Positions 1-14,733 of a stretch of 64,000 nucleotides of DNA are shown one piece after another. Under the pieces are notes generated by a model. It had not been told where the DNA came from. It searched no databases and worked only from the letters and a program-made list of their open reading frames with translations. Made by a program: the position numbers and the translations under genes. The DNA is from the human T2T-CHM13v2.0 reference genome, Homo sapiens: assembly GCF_009914755.1 (NCBI RefSeq), contig NC_060938.1; one strand, written 5' to 3'. Position 1 is the stretch's first letter; the number at the start of each line of letters is the position of its first letter.

Positions 1-200
<200 letters not shown>

Positions 201-384
201 TTAGTTGAAGATGGTCTTTCTATTCTGCATGTATTTATCAACTTCGGAAGAGATCTAGATGTAAATTCCAGACCTCTGTTATCTATGCAGAAATCCTATG
301 AGGGAAAGCAGGGTCCATGAGCCTTTTAGTATTATAAGAATGTGGAATGTTAAATGGGAAAGGTATCAGAACTAAGAGATTTCA

Positions 385-500
385 CATTTTAGGGATAATA
401 AGAATATTCTCATGGGTTATCATGGTGATTAAATGAAGTGACCCACGTAATGCATCTGGCATTTGATAGATGATCAGTATATGATGGTGGTTATTATTCA
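385..500 (+). mobile_element. MIR fragment
   Basis: gggataata..catgggttatcatggtgattaaatgaag..ttattatt resembles the MIR core/3' end. Confidence 0.5.
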
Positions 501-1669
501 TTGTGGGATCAAACATCCTGAAATTTTGAAAACATTTATCCTGAGTGGTTTGGTTTTTCTGTTTTCATTGTTTTTATTTGCTCAGTTTTTGCCATGAAAA
601 AATACAATCTCTCTAATCACTGAGATATTAAGAAACATGTCCAATATCCAAAGGAAGGTTGAATATCCCAAAAGCTTTCAAGTTCCCCTTAGGTGCTTTG
701 ACTTTAGTACTGGAAGCTTCCACCAGATAATTAGTGATCTCTTATTAATTCAAAGCATACAGGCAGTATATGCAAACTTGAATATGATTGGGAATAACAC
801 ACATCTATGTGTTTTCTTAAAATATTGAGTGGGCATAAATTAACCTCACCTTCTCCTCCAAAATTGCGAAATGCATAATATTCTTTGGCCGTTTAAAAGA
901 ATGAGGTATAACTTCTACATTCTAAGAGGAACAAATGTCCACAAAGTGTTGTTAAAAATCAAGTTACAGAACAGTTTTATAGTATGTTGCTATTTTTATG
1001 TAATTGTAATAGTATAATAAAATACATGACTTGTACATAGAAAAATAATCAGAAAAATACACAAACTTCATGACAGTTGTCCCTGAGGGCATGGGGGACT
1101 TTTACTGAAAATATTTCAGTGTGGTTTAAATTTTTACAAGGAAAGGATAATATTTTTGAAATTATAAAAATAAAAAACTTAAAAGTAGATGAAAACTTGC
1201 AAAATAGTTTATTTGAAGCAAATCTTGTAAAGTATACAAGGTGATTAAACACAAATAATGTGTTTCTGTTACTGACTTAAGTCAGCTCTTCTACCACTTG
1301 GTTTAGTGTTCCTAATATTTTGGCCACCTCAGGCAATTTTTATTACTTATTACAAGCTTTTCGGTTTCAGTTTGTTCTCAGCTTCTAGAATACAAGGTGT
1401 TAAATAACATCTCACTGCACTTTTGATTACTCACTCTCCCAAGACGTGCTCTCAAGTTATGCTTAAATTCTCCATCTCAAACTATCTGCTTCCCGGCCTC
1501 TGGGGGCTCTTCTCCCTAGAGGTGGTTCTGGGCTGGCTTTGAAGGAGTGTAAGGACCCAGTTGCTCCTGAATCTATTGTTAGGTGATTGCTGTTCTCCTT
1601 TCAAACTGTGCTCCCTATTGCTCAGGTCCATATGGTGACCCTCAAAATGTAGCGTACATAAGTATTTAT

Positions 1670-1815
1670 TGAGGTTTGCTTAAAACTCAAAGTCCTAGCT
1701 CCAGGGATTCTCCTTCAGTAGGTATGAGATGGGCCCAGGAATCTGCATTTTAATTAAGAATCTTATAGAATTCCATTCTACCCCAGGGGTTCTGTGGAAG
1801 TATTTCAGGCACTGC
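1670..1815. mobile_element. MER5A-like hAT-Charlie fragment
   Basis: gattctccttcagtaggtatgagatgggcccaggaatctgcattttaa is a typical MER5A core. Confidence 0.65.
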
Positions 1816-1879
1816 AGTCAGGGAGGGTTCCAGGGTTCATTCACTGTCAATCAAAACATATCTGCTTTTATCTTTTTTA

Positions 1880-2287
<408 letters not shown>

Positions 2288-3024
2288 TTACTTGTAGAAA
2301 TCTGTTCATCTGCATCTACTGATCTAAATCTCCCAATCATCTCCTTCTGTATCATGATTTGAAAGGCCTTTTTCAACCCATAATTCTAAGAATAATCAAG
2401 CAAGCAAACAAACAAGGCTCCTCAAAACTCACTTCTTTTCTAGCTTTGTTATGGCTTCGTTTTTTTACAATACAGCTGGGATTTTTTTTTTTTTTTTGGT
2501 ATTAGTTATAAGGTGAGGATCCATCTTAATTCTTATCCCAAATAATTTACTAATTATATTTACAATTCGATAAGAACAATCTGTTTTCCCACAGATTTGA
2601 AATGTAATATTTATCATATGTCACATACCTACTTGGCTTTATTTCTGGGTGTCTTCTTCCCTTGATATAGCTGCTATTCTACTGCTATCATTCTTTCTTA
2701 GTTATGATATCTTTGTAGTGCAATTCATTATTTAGTAGAGCTGATTGTCTTTCATTATTCTTCACTTTGAATATTTTTTTATTGGGTTGACTTTTATATC
2801 TAAAAGAACAATGTTTGCTTGGTTCTGGAAAAGTCTCTGAGATCTTAGTCAGAATTTCATTCAATTTACAAATTAATCTGGTAGAGGAAGAAAAATTGAC
2901 ATTGAGTATTGAGCATGTCCTTCCAGGAATATAGTATGGTTTTCAATGTAATTGGTCCTCTTTTATGAACCTCAGTTAAGCTTCCTTTCTGCCTTTTGGT
3001 AGGATCTGCACATTTCTTATCAGT

Positions 3025-3250
3025 ATTCAGTATGGAGTAGTACAGAGCATGTTGGCTCTGGAATCAGATGCCTGGGTTCAAAGCCTTACCAATCGAGACT
3101 CTGTGCTAGTTGCTTAATCTTGCTTGTCTCAGTTTTCTCTTCTGCAAAATGGGTATGATATTAACAGTACCTAGCTCAGAGAGTTCCTTAAGGAATAAGT
3201 AAATTTCATGCAAAGCACCTAGGACATTTCTGGCATACATTAAGTGCACT
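3025..3250 (+). mobile_element. MIR
   Basis: ggctctggaatcagatgcctgggttcaaa..tctcagttttctcttctgcaaaatgggtatgatattaacagtacct. Confidence 0.85.
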
Positions 3251-4064
3251 TTACATTTTAAGTTAAGCTCTCTTTCCATAGCTGTAGCTGTCTTATCCAG
3301 AAATTACTTAAGAATGCTCCTTAAGTGTCCTGCACTTGAACACAAGTGAAGTCTTTGAAGTGAGAAACACGTAAGCATATAAAGTAGATAGGTTAAATAA
3401 CAACTCAGAGACGAGTATTTAAAGCACCAAGGATTTGATGGTATAGACAAGGAAGAACAGCCTCTGTGGAGGCGGTCTCCTTGAACAAAGGCAAAGTCAG
3501 GGCTTATAATTATAAAAAGCTAAACCCACAACATTTCACAAGAAAAGGGGATTGATGTAGGCAAATCTAGTTTAGGGTCAGCTGGTTGCAGTGATGCTCT
3601 ACAGGCTGTTTACTGGCCTATCATGGTTCTGTGGTTTCAGTAGGAATTGTGTTGCCAGTAAAGCCCATGCTCTGTATTCAGGCTCCTGCCCAGAACTACT
3701 TTCTTTGATTTTAGATAGTCTTCAGTCATTCCCTAGTCTGTACTCCATGGTATAAATGATTATCATACATTTAACTATAATTTTATTTTTGCAGTTTTAA
3801 CCCTGTGGATTCTGAACTACTCACCACTAACCCACTGTCGTATTTACCTTTGTCTCTAGGTGCTTTGACTGGATTCTAGCACATAGTAAGAGCTCAACAA
3901 ATGTTCCAGTGAATGAATTAATCTCCTGGCCCATATACAAGTTGGGGACAAGGATCTTTGAAAGAGGCATAGTACACTGACTACTGGAAGTTATGTGCTT
4001 CTATTTTATACAACCTCTGTGGATCTGTTTGCTCATCTTAAAAGATGAAGTTAGAGTTCTATCA

Positions 4065-4562
<498 letters not shown>

Positions 4563-5019
4563 GCCAGGTAAACTTGCACATCTATGACTGCGAGGAACAG
4601 CTGATGATCTTAAAGAGATTCAAAGCTAATTGAAAATCTCTAGTTTTCTGGGATCATCTTGTGAGGTAGCATATATTCAAACCCACTTTTATACTCCCTG
4701 AGAGGACATCGCTGTACTATGTAGTCCAGAATATAATTGCTGTCCATAATATGATTCAGAAAGTAGAGAATCAGTTAGTATATTTTGGCAAGACTTACAC
4801 AAAAATGCATAAAAACTAAAATATTTAATGCATACTAGGGTAAATTAGTTGTCTGCCAAAGCCTTGTATGTGGAATATCTCACACTTCATGCATGCCTGG
4901 CCATTGAGCCTTACTGTGGTCACTTTCACATTTTCAGTAGACCGGTATGTGTACAAGGCTTTGTGATTTCTTGTTAAAGGATGGAGATTTAAAAAAAAAA
5001 AAAATCACCAAAACTAAAC

Positions 5020-5420
5020 AAAAACCTTTCTTCTTTGCTACCATGACTTCCTCTATCTGTGGCTGCATTTCTCTGTGCCCACTTAACAGAAAAACATCTT
5101 AGATGAGATTTCTGTCCTGTTTTCCACTCTCTGTTGGACTCACTTCAATCTTGTTTCTTTCCTACTACAGGATGGAAACTGCATTTGCAAGGTCATTACC
5201 AATCACCTCCAAACCAGTGATGCTTTTTTTTTTTTTTGGTCAGCTTATCTGACCTTTCAGCAACTTTTAACTTCCTTTTAATACTCTTCTTTCCTCTGGT
5301 TTCCTTCCTACTTAAGGCTGCTCCCCTTGAATATCTTTTGCTGGTTTCTACTTCTCTATCTTCTTTCCTTCTCTATCTGATGACTACATATTGGAGTGCT
5401 TTGGGGTACCACCCTAGACA
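5020..5420 (+). mobile_element. L2 fragment
   Basis: Pyrimidine-rich L2-like text (ggaaactgcatttgcaaggtca, gacctttcagcaact); continues after the Charlie insertion. Confidence 0.55.
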
Positions 5421-5430
5421 TTAGTTCCAT

Positions 5431-6418
5431 GAATTTTTGTCAGAAATAGATGCTGAATACCATGACTTGCCCTACCACACCACAGTTTGATGGCTTAGCA
5501 ATAGCATAGTTTTATTGCAATTTCTCAAACTGCAATTGAAATTTTCCTGAACAAGAAGACTTGTCCTGAATCACTATTATTGAATGTTGAATGGCTTTGG
5601 AAACCTTGTTGCAGATATGATAATGTTTCCTAATAAATTTAATCTAAAATTACATTATAAGACAGTGCTTCTATTGAAATTTAACGTGGAAAAGTCATTT
5701 TGATGAGAACTAGTGTTGTTTCAACAATAAGTAATGGCAAGATCAAATACATTTTCCATGCTGTCAAAAGTTAAAATAAGAAGCAGGATCTCTATTTTCA
5801 CACAAATTTGTGGCAGATATGTTTTCTGAGCTTAAACTGCAGTTCCAACAGTGTTTCAGGACCTCATTGCAGTGCACATTTCATATTTTGAAATCCATTT
5901 AATGGACAGTTGAGGAACTTCCACCTAACCTTCAATTAATCTGAAATGCAAGGATATGCCAAAAGGCAGATATCAAGAGAAGAATCTAATAGAATTCCAT
6001 AAATTCCTCCTGAGTGGTGAATATGCTCAATGAAAATCATATGTTTGTGGGAGATATCAGTATTTGTTAAAATCTTTGTGAAACATATTTTCAAAGATGG
6101 AGTATGTAAAATCTCATTACAGATCAACAGTAAGAGATGAACACCAACATTTCAACCAATTTTGATAACTAACACTAATTTTGAACCCCAATGAAGTAAA
6201 ATGTTACCCCTCCCCAAGAGAATTCCATTCTTCTCATTAGTAGACCTGTATTACAAAAAATTATTCCCAATTATTATGTTTTGAATTTCTTCAGTAAAAA
6301 ATTTGTGGAACTTTTCCTCTCTGTTATAGAAGTACCTACATAACATCCTTGATTTTCCTATTGGCCTGCAAAGCCTAAAATATTTTTTATCTGGTACTTT
6401 ACAGTTTGCCAAACCCTG
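5431..6418 (+). mobile_element. hAT-Charlie transposon remnant (Charlie2/Cheshire-like): C-terminal transposase part plus 3' end
   Basis: Translation from 5431 EFLSEIDAEYHDLPYHTTV*WLS matches the Charlie D-L-x-Y-H-T-x-V-R-W-L-S motif; terminus tggcctgcaaagcctaaaatatt..tttgccaaaccctg. Confidence 0.85.
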
Positions 6419-6419
6419 G

Positions 6420-6820
6420 TCCACCCCATCATTATCTCTTCCATGCACAACTCAAAAGATTCCAGGCCACGCTTGTTCTGGTTGCTACTTCTTCAACTAC
6501 TAGGCCTCTTTTCTCTTCCTCAAACATATCACAGGTTCCCCTGGCTCAGGCCTTTTTTTCTTGCTGCATCTTCTGCCTTTAAATGTTTGTTCTTATCCTT
6601 CAGGTCTCACTTTGAGTATCACTCTCTAGAGAATTGCCCACACCCACTTATTCTCTATCACAGATCACCCTCTTTATTTCCTTCATAGTTATCTCACATA
6701 TTTTTTACTTAGTCATTGTCTCCTCCATCAGAATGGAAGCTCCACAAGACCAGATACCTTGCTGCTTGGTTCATCAGTGACTAGGACAGAGTAGATGTTC
6801 AATGATTATTTTTCGAATTA
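6420..6820 (+). mobile_element. L2 3' region
   Basis: ttcctcaaacatatc..caggtctcactttgagtatcact..agaatggaagctccacaag..gttcaatgattatt. Confidence 0.7.
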
Positions 6821-6823
6821 AAG

Positions 6824-7397
6824 TGTCACAGTAGTGGCTGGTCAGGCATCAGCAAGGCTGGAGAGGGCTCCCCCAACTCCTCACATCAGGACTGTCAGGT
6901 GACCATCAGATGATGGTCAGGTGGTTGTTAACGGGCTCTCTAAAATAATAATTGGTCACAGCTGGCGCCAGGGAAAGGCACGCTCCTAATAGATAGAAAA
7001 CACCTGAAAATGGTCATCAGCAGCTTCCTGAGAAGATCTCAGGAGTTGGGTGAGTGGGCTCAAGCACATGCTTGCAGACAACCTACCCCAAGGGAAGAAT
7101 CAGGGGCGAAGTAACGCGAGACCCTGGGAGTAAGCCAACATATAAAACCCCCAAGTCAAACGGTCACACGGTGCACTTGATCTCCCAAGTTGCCCACTTA
7201 GCCCTCTTCTGAGTGTACTTTCTTTTTTTCCTTTCATTCTGGCGCTAAAACTTTTGGATAAACTTTCACTCCTGCTCTAAAACTTGCCTCAGTCTCTCCT
7301 TCTGCCTTATGCTCCTCAGTCGAATTCTTTCTTCTGAGGGGGGCAAGAATTGAGGTTGTTGCAGACCCGTATAGAAGTGAATTTGCCACTGGTAACA
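6824..7397 (+). mobile_element. Solo ERV1 LTR, MER50-like
   Basis: TG...CA termini (tgtcacag..ggtaaca); diagnostic tgtcaggtgaccatcagatgatggtcagg..ctaaaataataattggtc; TATAAAA near 7141. Confidence 0.85.
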
Positions 7398-7552
7398 AAA
7401 TAGTGGGGCAGGAAGCTAGTGGGTTCTAAAGTTCCAAGGCCGTCTACATAGCAGCAAGCCTCTAAGTCTTCCATTCTGACTGCTCTCTGCTCATGTTCTC
7501 AGTGCTTTTTCACTTTACTACAATGTAGCTATAAAGCATTAAAAAGATAATT

Positions 7553-7816
7553 GGCCAGGCACGGTGGCTCATGCCTATAATCCCAGCACTTTGGGAAGCC
7601 AAGGCGGGCAGATCACAAGGCCAGGAGTTTGAGACCAGCCTGACCAACATGGTGAAACCTCTTTTCTACTAAAAATACAAAAATTAGCCGGGTGTGGTGA
7701 TGCGTGCCTGTAATCTCAGCTACTCAGGAGGCTGAGGCAGGAGAATTGCTTAAACCTGGGAGGCAGAAGTTGCAGTGAGCCAAGATCACACCACTGCACT
7801 CAAAAAAAAAAAAAAA
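7553..7816 (+). mobile_element. AluS with ~30-bp deletion just before the poly(A)
   Basis: Both arms present; ends ccactgcactc directly into an A-run, lacking cagcctgggcgacagagcgagactccgtct. Confidence 0.93.
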
Positions 7817-8119
7817 TTTTGTGTTCACTCTTCTGATTCTGAGATGGTTGGATATTTAAGTGTAGGTAGGTCCACTGTTTGCTAGCTTGGGGTTGCAAAC
7901 ACCTCACCCTTAAGTTTGTTCTACAAAGTACAGCAAGTTAGAGTTAGTATTTCCCTAATCAATAAGGACCTTAGCTTGTCTTCCCCTGGGGTCATCCTCC
8001 CTGGATATGAATCCAGGTCATGCTTGGGCATGCTTACTTGTGTCTTACCGCAAGTCTGGGTTGCCCTCTCTGCTGGCCGATGGAGCTCCTTCTTAGACCT
8101 GAACCTCAGGGCGTTATAG

Positions 8120-8260
8120 GTGTGGTGTGAGGACCAGCAAGCAGCATTAGTATCACCTGGGATCTTGCTAGAACTTCGGACTCTTGGACCCCACTCTAGA
8201 CCTACCGAGTCAGAACTGGCTATTTAACGAGATCCTCAGGTGAATCTTATGTCACATGCA
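8120..8260. mobile_element. MER5A fragment
   Basis: gcagcattagtatcacctgggatcttgctagaa..agacctaccgagtcagaact..tttaacgagatcctcaggtga. Confidence 0.7.
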
Positions 8261-9439
8261 GGCCTAGGTGCTGGGTGATCTGGAAGGTAGTTCCGGCTGG
8301 TAGTGGTGGCTGCCATTATCATCTCTGAGGACCCTCCAGAGATCTCTGCCTCACGCAGCACAGCTAGGTCCTGATGGCGACTGCTGCATCACTGTCCCAG
8401 TCATTTGGGACAGGGCCACACCTCTCGCTCATCCAAGTCATATCATGGGTGGGATGTAGTTCAGTAAAGTCCAAATGGTAACCTTCAGCAAAATATAACT
8501 GTTGATGAGGAGATACTAGAATATCTTAGAATCTTCCTGAGATGCTCTCAGAACTCTCTTGGTGTGTCCCTTCTGTGGCCTGGGATGTCTCAACCCCTAT
8601 TAGTGGAACTTCTCCAGGCAGCTCCCTGCCACAGAGTCCTGATCAAACCAAAATTCTGAATGCAGAGAGAGAAGAAAATTATTCCCTGACTTCAGCCTTA
8701 GGACTGCTTGTCCAAGCCCTCGTTTCCTGACCCAGTATTGACCCTTCCCCAGGATGATTGATGGGGGAAATAGCCATTCTCTTCAGGGGGAAACCCTACC
8801 CCCACCCATAGAGGTGTGGTCCAATATATAATTGATTGACATAAGCACATTCCCTAAAGTCTGGGTTATTTGGTCTTAAATAAAAGCACATGTGGGATCT
8901 CAGCAGCTTTGGCAACTTTCTTTTCAGTTTTTCTCATAAAGGGTTCTGAAACCTGGGAGCCTAGCCTCATCCTGGGTTACCTGGTTACATAAGAATTTAC
9001 TTGAAATGTGGTTTAAAGCTCATTGAGAACAGCTCATATGCTTACAGAGGAATCTAAGAAGGAAAAGCTGTGATTAAGAACTGGCTAAGATATATATAAT
9101 AGTAAGTGAGGTGTAATTTTCTCTTGATCTCTGTAAACAACAGGTATTAGAAAGATTACCTGCCACTTTCCAGTTACATATACACTGACACCGAAGAAAT
9201 GGGCTATTGATGGATCTGAACAGAGCTTATAGAATGACTCTGGATCACTTAATGCTGTCTTTGAAACCCCACCTGATGGCAATTTTTAGCTTTACTTTCC
9301 ATTTTAGAGCTTTCCTATGTACTTCAAAAATAACCAGTTATGGTGGTTGGAAGGCACTTCTGCAAAAGATTTTCCAGAGGTTGAAAAGCAGAAAGAACAA
9401 ATAGTAAGAAACATTTGCCGCTTATTGAATTTAATAAAA

Positions 9440-9640
9440 GTATCTTATTTGTATAGCTAACAGGCATTTCATACAGATGATCTCATTTTATCTTTATATC
9501 AGCCCTGAAATTACGCAAAGCAGTATTTCATTCCCATTTTCAAGATTTAGAAAACTGAAACCTAGAGAAGTTAAACAGCTGGAAAGTAGTGAAGTTAGGT
9601 CTGAAAACTGTCTTTCGAATCTAAATTCAGTCCTCTATCT
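9440..9640 (-). mobile_element. MIR fragment
   Basis: atctcatttta..cccattttcaagatttagaaaactgaaacctagagaagttaaacagct. Confidence 0.7.
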
Positions 9641-11097
9641 CTGGTTAAAGTTTGCATTCACGTTAAGGGTGTAGGCAGTAACAAGATGGGGTGATATACC
9701 ATAGCTGTTTACATGGTTTATGGAACCACCAGTTTCTTAATACTAGGTCGTTTCTGACTCCTTAAGACTCTGAGAAAAGTCTCTGGATCAGAGCTCCCCA
9801 TGCACACTTCTTTTCTTTTTCCCACTTTCTCTTCTTTCTTCCCTCTTTTATTTATTTCTCCAATTTGCTTCCTTTCCTCTTCACTCCCTCTGGCTTAGCT
9901 TGATTCTTAAAGGACTTCACTATTAACATCCAGGATGACTCAGTGTGAAGGAAACCACAGCAGATGTAGAGAAGAAAGGAGAGGAGGGGTTGTGGAAGGC
10001 GGGGGAGATGGCCAGGGCAGGTGTGGAGAGCAGCTTAGCACAGATACACTAATTTCCACGTCCAGACTGGTATTCTGAGATGTTCCCTGCTGCTCTGGAA
10101 TCTCTGTAAACACAGGGATTTGTCTGGAATGACTTTACAGCTCAGCAGGAAGCTTGCTAAGTGCCAGGACTTTCAAACTGTGAGTGCTGCTCAGAAATGG
10201 AGGAGGAAGTGCTATCAGCCCAGGCCCACAGCCCTTGCCTGGGCCTGCCAGGGCCCATTTAGACTGGGAGAGGGGCATGGAGGCTTGTGCATGCTCCCGT
10301 CCTTCCATGGTGCCTGCTGCACTCACAGGGCAGTGGGGCTGGACGGAAACTTGCAAAGGCATCAGCTACATCTTTGAGCGGTTATAGTGAGCCAAACCTA
10401 AAATGTCCCAGAAAGCCATGAAAAAAACCAGCCTTGTTCTTACATTTCTTTTAAGGATAGAAACTTTCGTGATTTTACTCAGCAATACTTTTTTTTTTTC
10501 TGAAATCCTTTTTTGCAAGAAGAATGTAAATCTTCCCTGCAGCACTTTAATTTTTTCCTCTTTTTTTCCTTAATGGCATGTTGTTTCCCAAGAGTCACAG
10601 GTGGTGGTTCTGTCTCACTGTTGTGATTGAAATAAGCAAAGCTAGCAGGAGGGCAAAAGAAGAAAACCATGGAAGATTGTGTCTCTGGGAAGTGAAATGC
10701 AGAGAGTTTCATTTTTGTCTCCATCTTGTAAAAGAGGGCACTGGAAAGGGTTTGGGAACCAGGGTAAAGCCACGGGGAAGCACTGTTGTGCCGAGGGGGG
10801 CAAAGGGAAGGAGGTCATGCTGAGCTCTTTGCTGCTCAACAATGCCCACAAGTGCCCCGTGCCCAGCACAGCTGAACTGTCCTCCAGCCAAATGGCCTGC
10901 TCTGTAGACAAACTCTTAGATGCAAGTTGGTAATATAGCTTATTCTGGTAACAGTTACAAGCAGTGGCTTTACAGAATTCAAATCCTAGTGACACTATTT
11001 ATTAGCTGTATTAGTGTTCTCCAGAGGCACAAAGCTGGTAGGATCTATATCTTATATCTCTTTTTATCTCTGTATAATCTATCTAATCACACACACA

Positions 11098-12244
11098 CAG
11101 TCATGTGCTACATGATGACATTTTGATGAACAATGGATGGCATATATTACAGTGGTCCCATAAGATTATGTTGGAGCTGAAAAATTCCCATCACACAGTG
11201 ACCTTATAGCTGTCATAACTGCATAGCACAACACATTACTCACGTGTTTGTGGTGATGCTGGTGGAAACAAACCTGTGTCTAAAAGTTGTATAAACATAT
11301 AGCTCATACAATTATGTATAGCACATAATACTTGATAATAAACAACTATGTTACTGGTTTATATATACACTATAGTATAATTTTTATGGTTATTTTAGAG
11401 TATACTACTTAAAAAAAGAGTTAACTATAAAACAGCCTCAAACAGGTCCTCAGGAGTTTTCTAGAAGAAGGCATTGTTACATAAGATGACAGGCTCCATG
11501 TGTTTTATTGCCCTTGAAGACCTTCCAGTGGGATGAGATGTGGAGGTGAAAGACAGTGATTTGGATAATTCTAATCCTGTGTAGGCCTAATGTGTGTGCC
11601 TGTCTTAGTTTTTAACAAAAAAGTTTAAATAGTTGAAAAAATTAAAAATGAATAAAAAGCTTATAGAACAAGGATATAAAGAAAATATTTTTGTATGGCT
11701 GTACAGTGTGTTTGTGTTTTAAGCTAAGTGTTATTACAGAAGTAAAAAAGTTTAAAAATGTTTATAAAGTAAAAAAGTTATAGTAAGCTAAGGTTTACTT
11801 ATAGGAGAAAAAAAATTAAATGTGTTTAGTGTAGCCTAACTATACAGTGTTTATAAAGTCTACAGTTGCATACGGTAATGGTCTAGGTTTTTATATTCAG
11901 TCACCACTCACTCACTCACCCAGAACAATTTCTAGTCCTGCAAGCACCATCCATGTTAAGTGCCCTATGCAGGTGTACCATTTTAATCTTTTATACAGTA
12001 TTTTTACTCTACCTTTTCTATGTTTTAGATACACAAATACTTACCTTTGTGTTACAACTGCCTACAGTATTCAGTGCTGTAACAGATTTGTAGCCTAGGA
12101 GTAATAGGATATATCGTATAGTAGGCTATATCGTATAGTAGGCTATACCATCTAGGCTGATGTCAGTATACTCTATGATATTCACATAACAAATAAATAA
12201 AGGTGCATGTCTTAGAGCATATCCCTGAGGTTAATACATGACCG
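11098..12244 (+). mobile_element. Tigger3 (MER7/Golem) non-autonomous element, Tigger3b-like
   Basis: Terminal inverted repeats cagtcatg / catgaccg; diagnostic ggtcccataagattat..gagctgaaaaattcc..cattactcacgtgtttgtggtgatgctgg. Confidence 0.9.
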
Positions 12245-12430
12245 TGTGTGTATGTGTGTGTGTATATACGCATATACGCATACATATATATCTCCTTTTG
12301 GTTATATATATATATATATATATATCTTTATATAGTCCATAAATAGATATATAATATACACTACATATATAATAACATAGAATACATGTACAATATCTAT
12401 ACTATGTATAGATATAAATATATAGTAGAG
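12245..12430. repeat. (TG)n/(TA)n low-complexity tract
   Basis: Direct inspection. Confidence 0.9.
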
Positions 12431-13909
12431 AAAGAGAATGAGCATGTGCACTGTTGAATTTGAAATCTGTAGGGTAAGCCAGTAGGTTAGAGATTCAGGT
12501 AAGAGTGGATATTTCAGTGTTAAGTCTGAAGGCCAGAAACTCAGGCAGAATCTCTGCATCAGTCTGGAGGCAGAACTGCTTTTTCAGGAAACCTGAGTCT
12601 TTGCTGTTTAGGCCTTCAACTGATTAAATGAGGCCCACCCACATTATGGATGGTAATCTGTTTTACTTAAAGTCAACTAATTTTAAGTGTTAATCACATA
12701 AAAAAATACCTTTACAGAGATATCTAGACTAGTGTTTGTCCACACAACTGGTCACCATGGCCAAGCCAAGTTCACACATAAAATCATCACTCTAGCTTTT
12801 AACTTACTGGCAAGTCACTCAACTTCTTTACACTGAATTTTTCTTTTGTAAAAAGGAGAAAGAATAACACTTTGCTCAGTGCCTGGATATACTAAGTGGT
12901 CAGTACATGTTGCCTGTATTATGATTATTGTGAGTTCTTAAGTAAACTGTATTATGTATTGGAAATCAAATAGAGTAATCAGCTCTATCTATTGTATTTA
13001 TTGATTTGCCATCAGAACAAATGTTTGTTAGACATTAATATTAAAAAATATTCATTAGCACAATGGTATGAATATAAATAATATTAATATAATATAAAAA
13101 TAGCCGATCATCTATGATTTATGTCTATCATCCCAACAGATCAACTGTGTTTATTTTTCTGTTCTCTAGTCCTTCCCCATACATACATATATAAACATAT
13201 TATTTACAGAGCTGTATTCAAGATGGGTTAATGTTTACATTTTGCTATTTTCCAATGAACACAATAGGTGTTAAGATATTAAACTAGCCAAATTAATTGT
13301 ATTCTGGTTGAAAATTACAGTTCATCTCTCATTTTTACCAAGGAGCTGAGCTGCTGGGATGATGGTTTTCATGGGGTGCCAGCTTGGTAGACAAGCTGTC
13401 TAGGTGTTTTGCATCTCATTGCTTTCCTCAAAAAGGGTAGTTAAAGGACTAAAGCTACTGAATGGATTTTAGGTGTAATCTGTTATTGGAGAGAAAAGGT
13501 TAATCCAGTTCTGCATTATTATGTTTTTTATTTATGTTATTCTTTCATTGATTTAAAATGTGTTGAGCTCTTTCAATGTACTGTGCATTGGCCACTGAAC
13601 ATCTGTGCAACCAGCAAATGCCCTGGAGACCTGCTCTCCAGATTTGCAGACTAGAAGGTAAGACTGACAGTAGGGAGACACATAAGGTCCACAACAGAGT
13701 GGTTCGTTTGAGGGTTGGGGGAGGAAAAGAGAGGAGGCATTCTGGATCTTCTAAATTGAGCTCTGAAGGATGAGTTAGGAGTTAGCCAGATGAAGAACAG
13801 AGAGGAGGGTCAACATCTTTATCTTTTGGTAGAAGGAAAATAACCTGCTTTTGCATAAAACAGAATCCAGATGGTTTTCTATTTGTTTAGGCAAACCTGT
13901 GAACCTCAG

Positions 13910-14272
13910 TGTATTAGTCTGTTTTCATGCTGCTGATAAAGACATACCCAAGACTGGGCAATTTACAAAAGAAAGAGGTATAATGGACTCACAATTCCAC
14001 ATGGGTGGGGAGGCCTCACAATCATGGCGGAAGGCAAAAGGCACATCTCATGTGGCGGCAGACAAGAGAAGAGAAAGAGAACCAAGGGAAAGGGGTTTCC
14101 CCTAATAAAATCATCAGATCTCATGAGAATTATTCATTACCATGAGAACAGTATGGGAGAACTGCCCCCATGATTCAATTATCTCCCATTGGATCCCTCC
14201 CACAACACATGGGAATTATGGGAGCTACAGTTCAAGATGAGATTTGGGTGGGGACACAGCCAAACCATATCA
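13910..14272 (-). mobile_element. THE1B-like solo LTR (MaLR)
   Basis: tgtattagtctgttttcatgctgctgataaagac..gggacacagccaaaccatatca; perfect 5-bp TSD CTCAG (13905-13909, 14273-14277). Confidence 0.95.
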
Positions 14273-14428
14273 CTCAGGTAAGGCTGTGGGAACATCATGT
14301 GCAAAGACCCACTGTCTGCACACCATGGTTTGCAGAACTGAGAATATTCTGGCTATAGGAAGAGTGTGAAGGTGAAAGCCATCTATAATAAGGAGTTTGG
14401 ACTTCCCTCTGTGGTCAGTGGAAGGTTA

Positions 14429-14733
14429 TTTTTGTTGTTGTTGTTCTTTTGAGACAGGGTTTGGCTCTGTTGCCCAGGCTGGAGTGCAGTAGCACTATCT
14501 TAGCTCACTCTAGCCTCTGCCTCCCAAGCTAAGCCATCCTCTCACCTGTGCCTCCCGAGTATCTGGGACTACGGGTGTGTGCCACCACACCTGGCTAATT
14601 TTTATATTTTTTTGGTGGAGTTGGGGTTTCGCCATGTTGCCCAGGCTCGTTTCAAATTTCTGGGCTCAAGCAATCCACCCGTCTTGGCCTCTGAAAGCAT
14701 TAGGATTACTAGCATGAGCCACTAAGCCTGGCC
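14429..14733 (-). mobile_element. AluJ
   Basis: gagacagggt..ctgggctcaagcaatcc.. (J-type features); (TTG)n tail. Confidence 0.93.

Larger units (their letters stand above)
11007..12790 (-). mobile_element. MLT2-family (ERVL) solo LTR split by Tigger3 and a TA-rich tract
   Basis: tgtattagtgttctccagagg at left; ggccttcaactgattaaatgaggcccacccacattatgg..caagttcacacataaaatcatca at right. Confidence 0.75.

Noticed and set aside
3340-3770. Possible old ERV LTR
   Set aside because: LTR-like texture, but I could not identify termini, TSD or family.
5431-6200. GTF2IRD2/EPM2AIP1-like gene exon
   Set aside because: The motif is shared because those genes derive from Charlie transposases. Here it has an in-frame stop and frameshifts and ends in a transposon terminus.
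10785-10805. CTCF site (gtgccgaggggggcaaa)
   Set aside because: Spacing does not fit the CC-N3-AG-GGGGC core; too weak to call without data.
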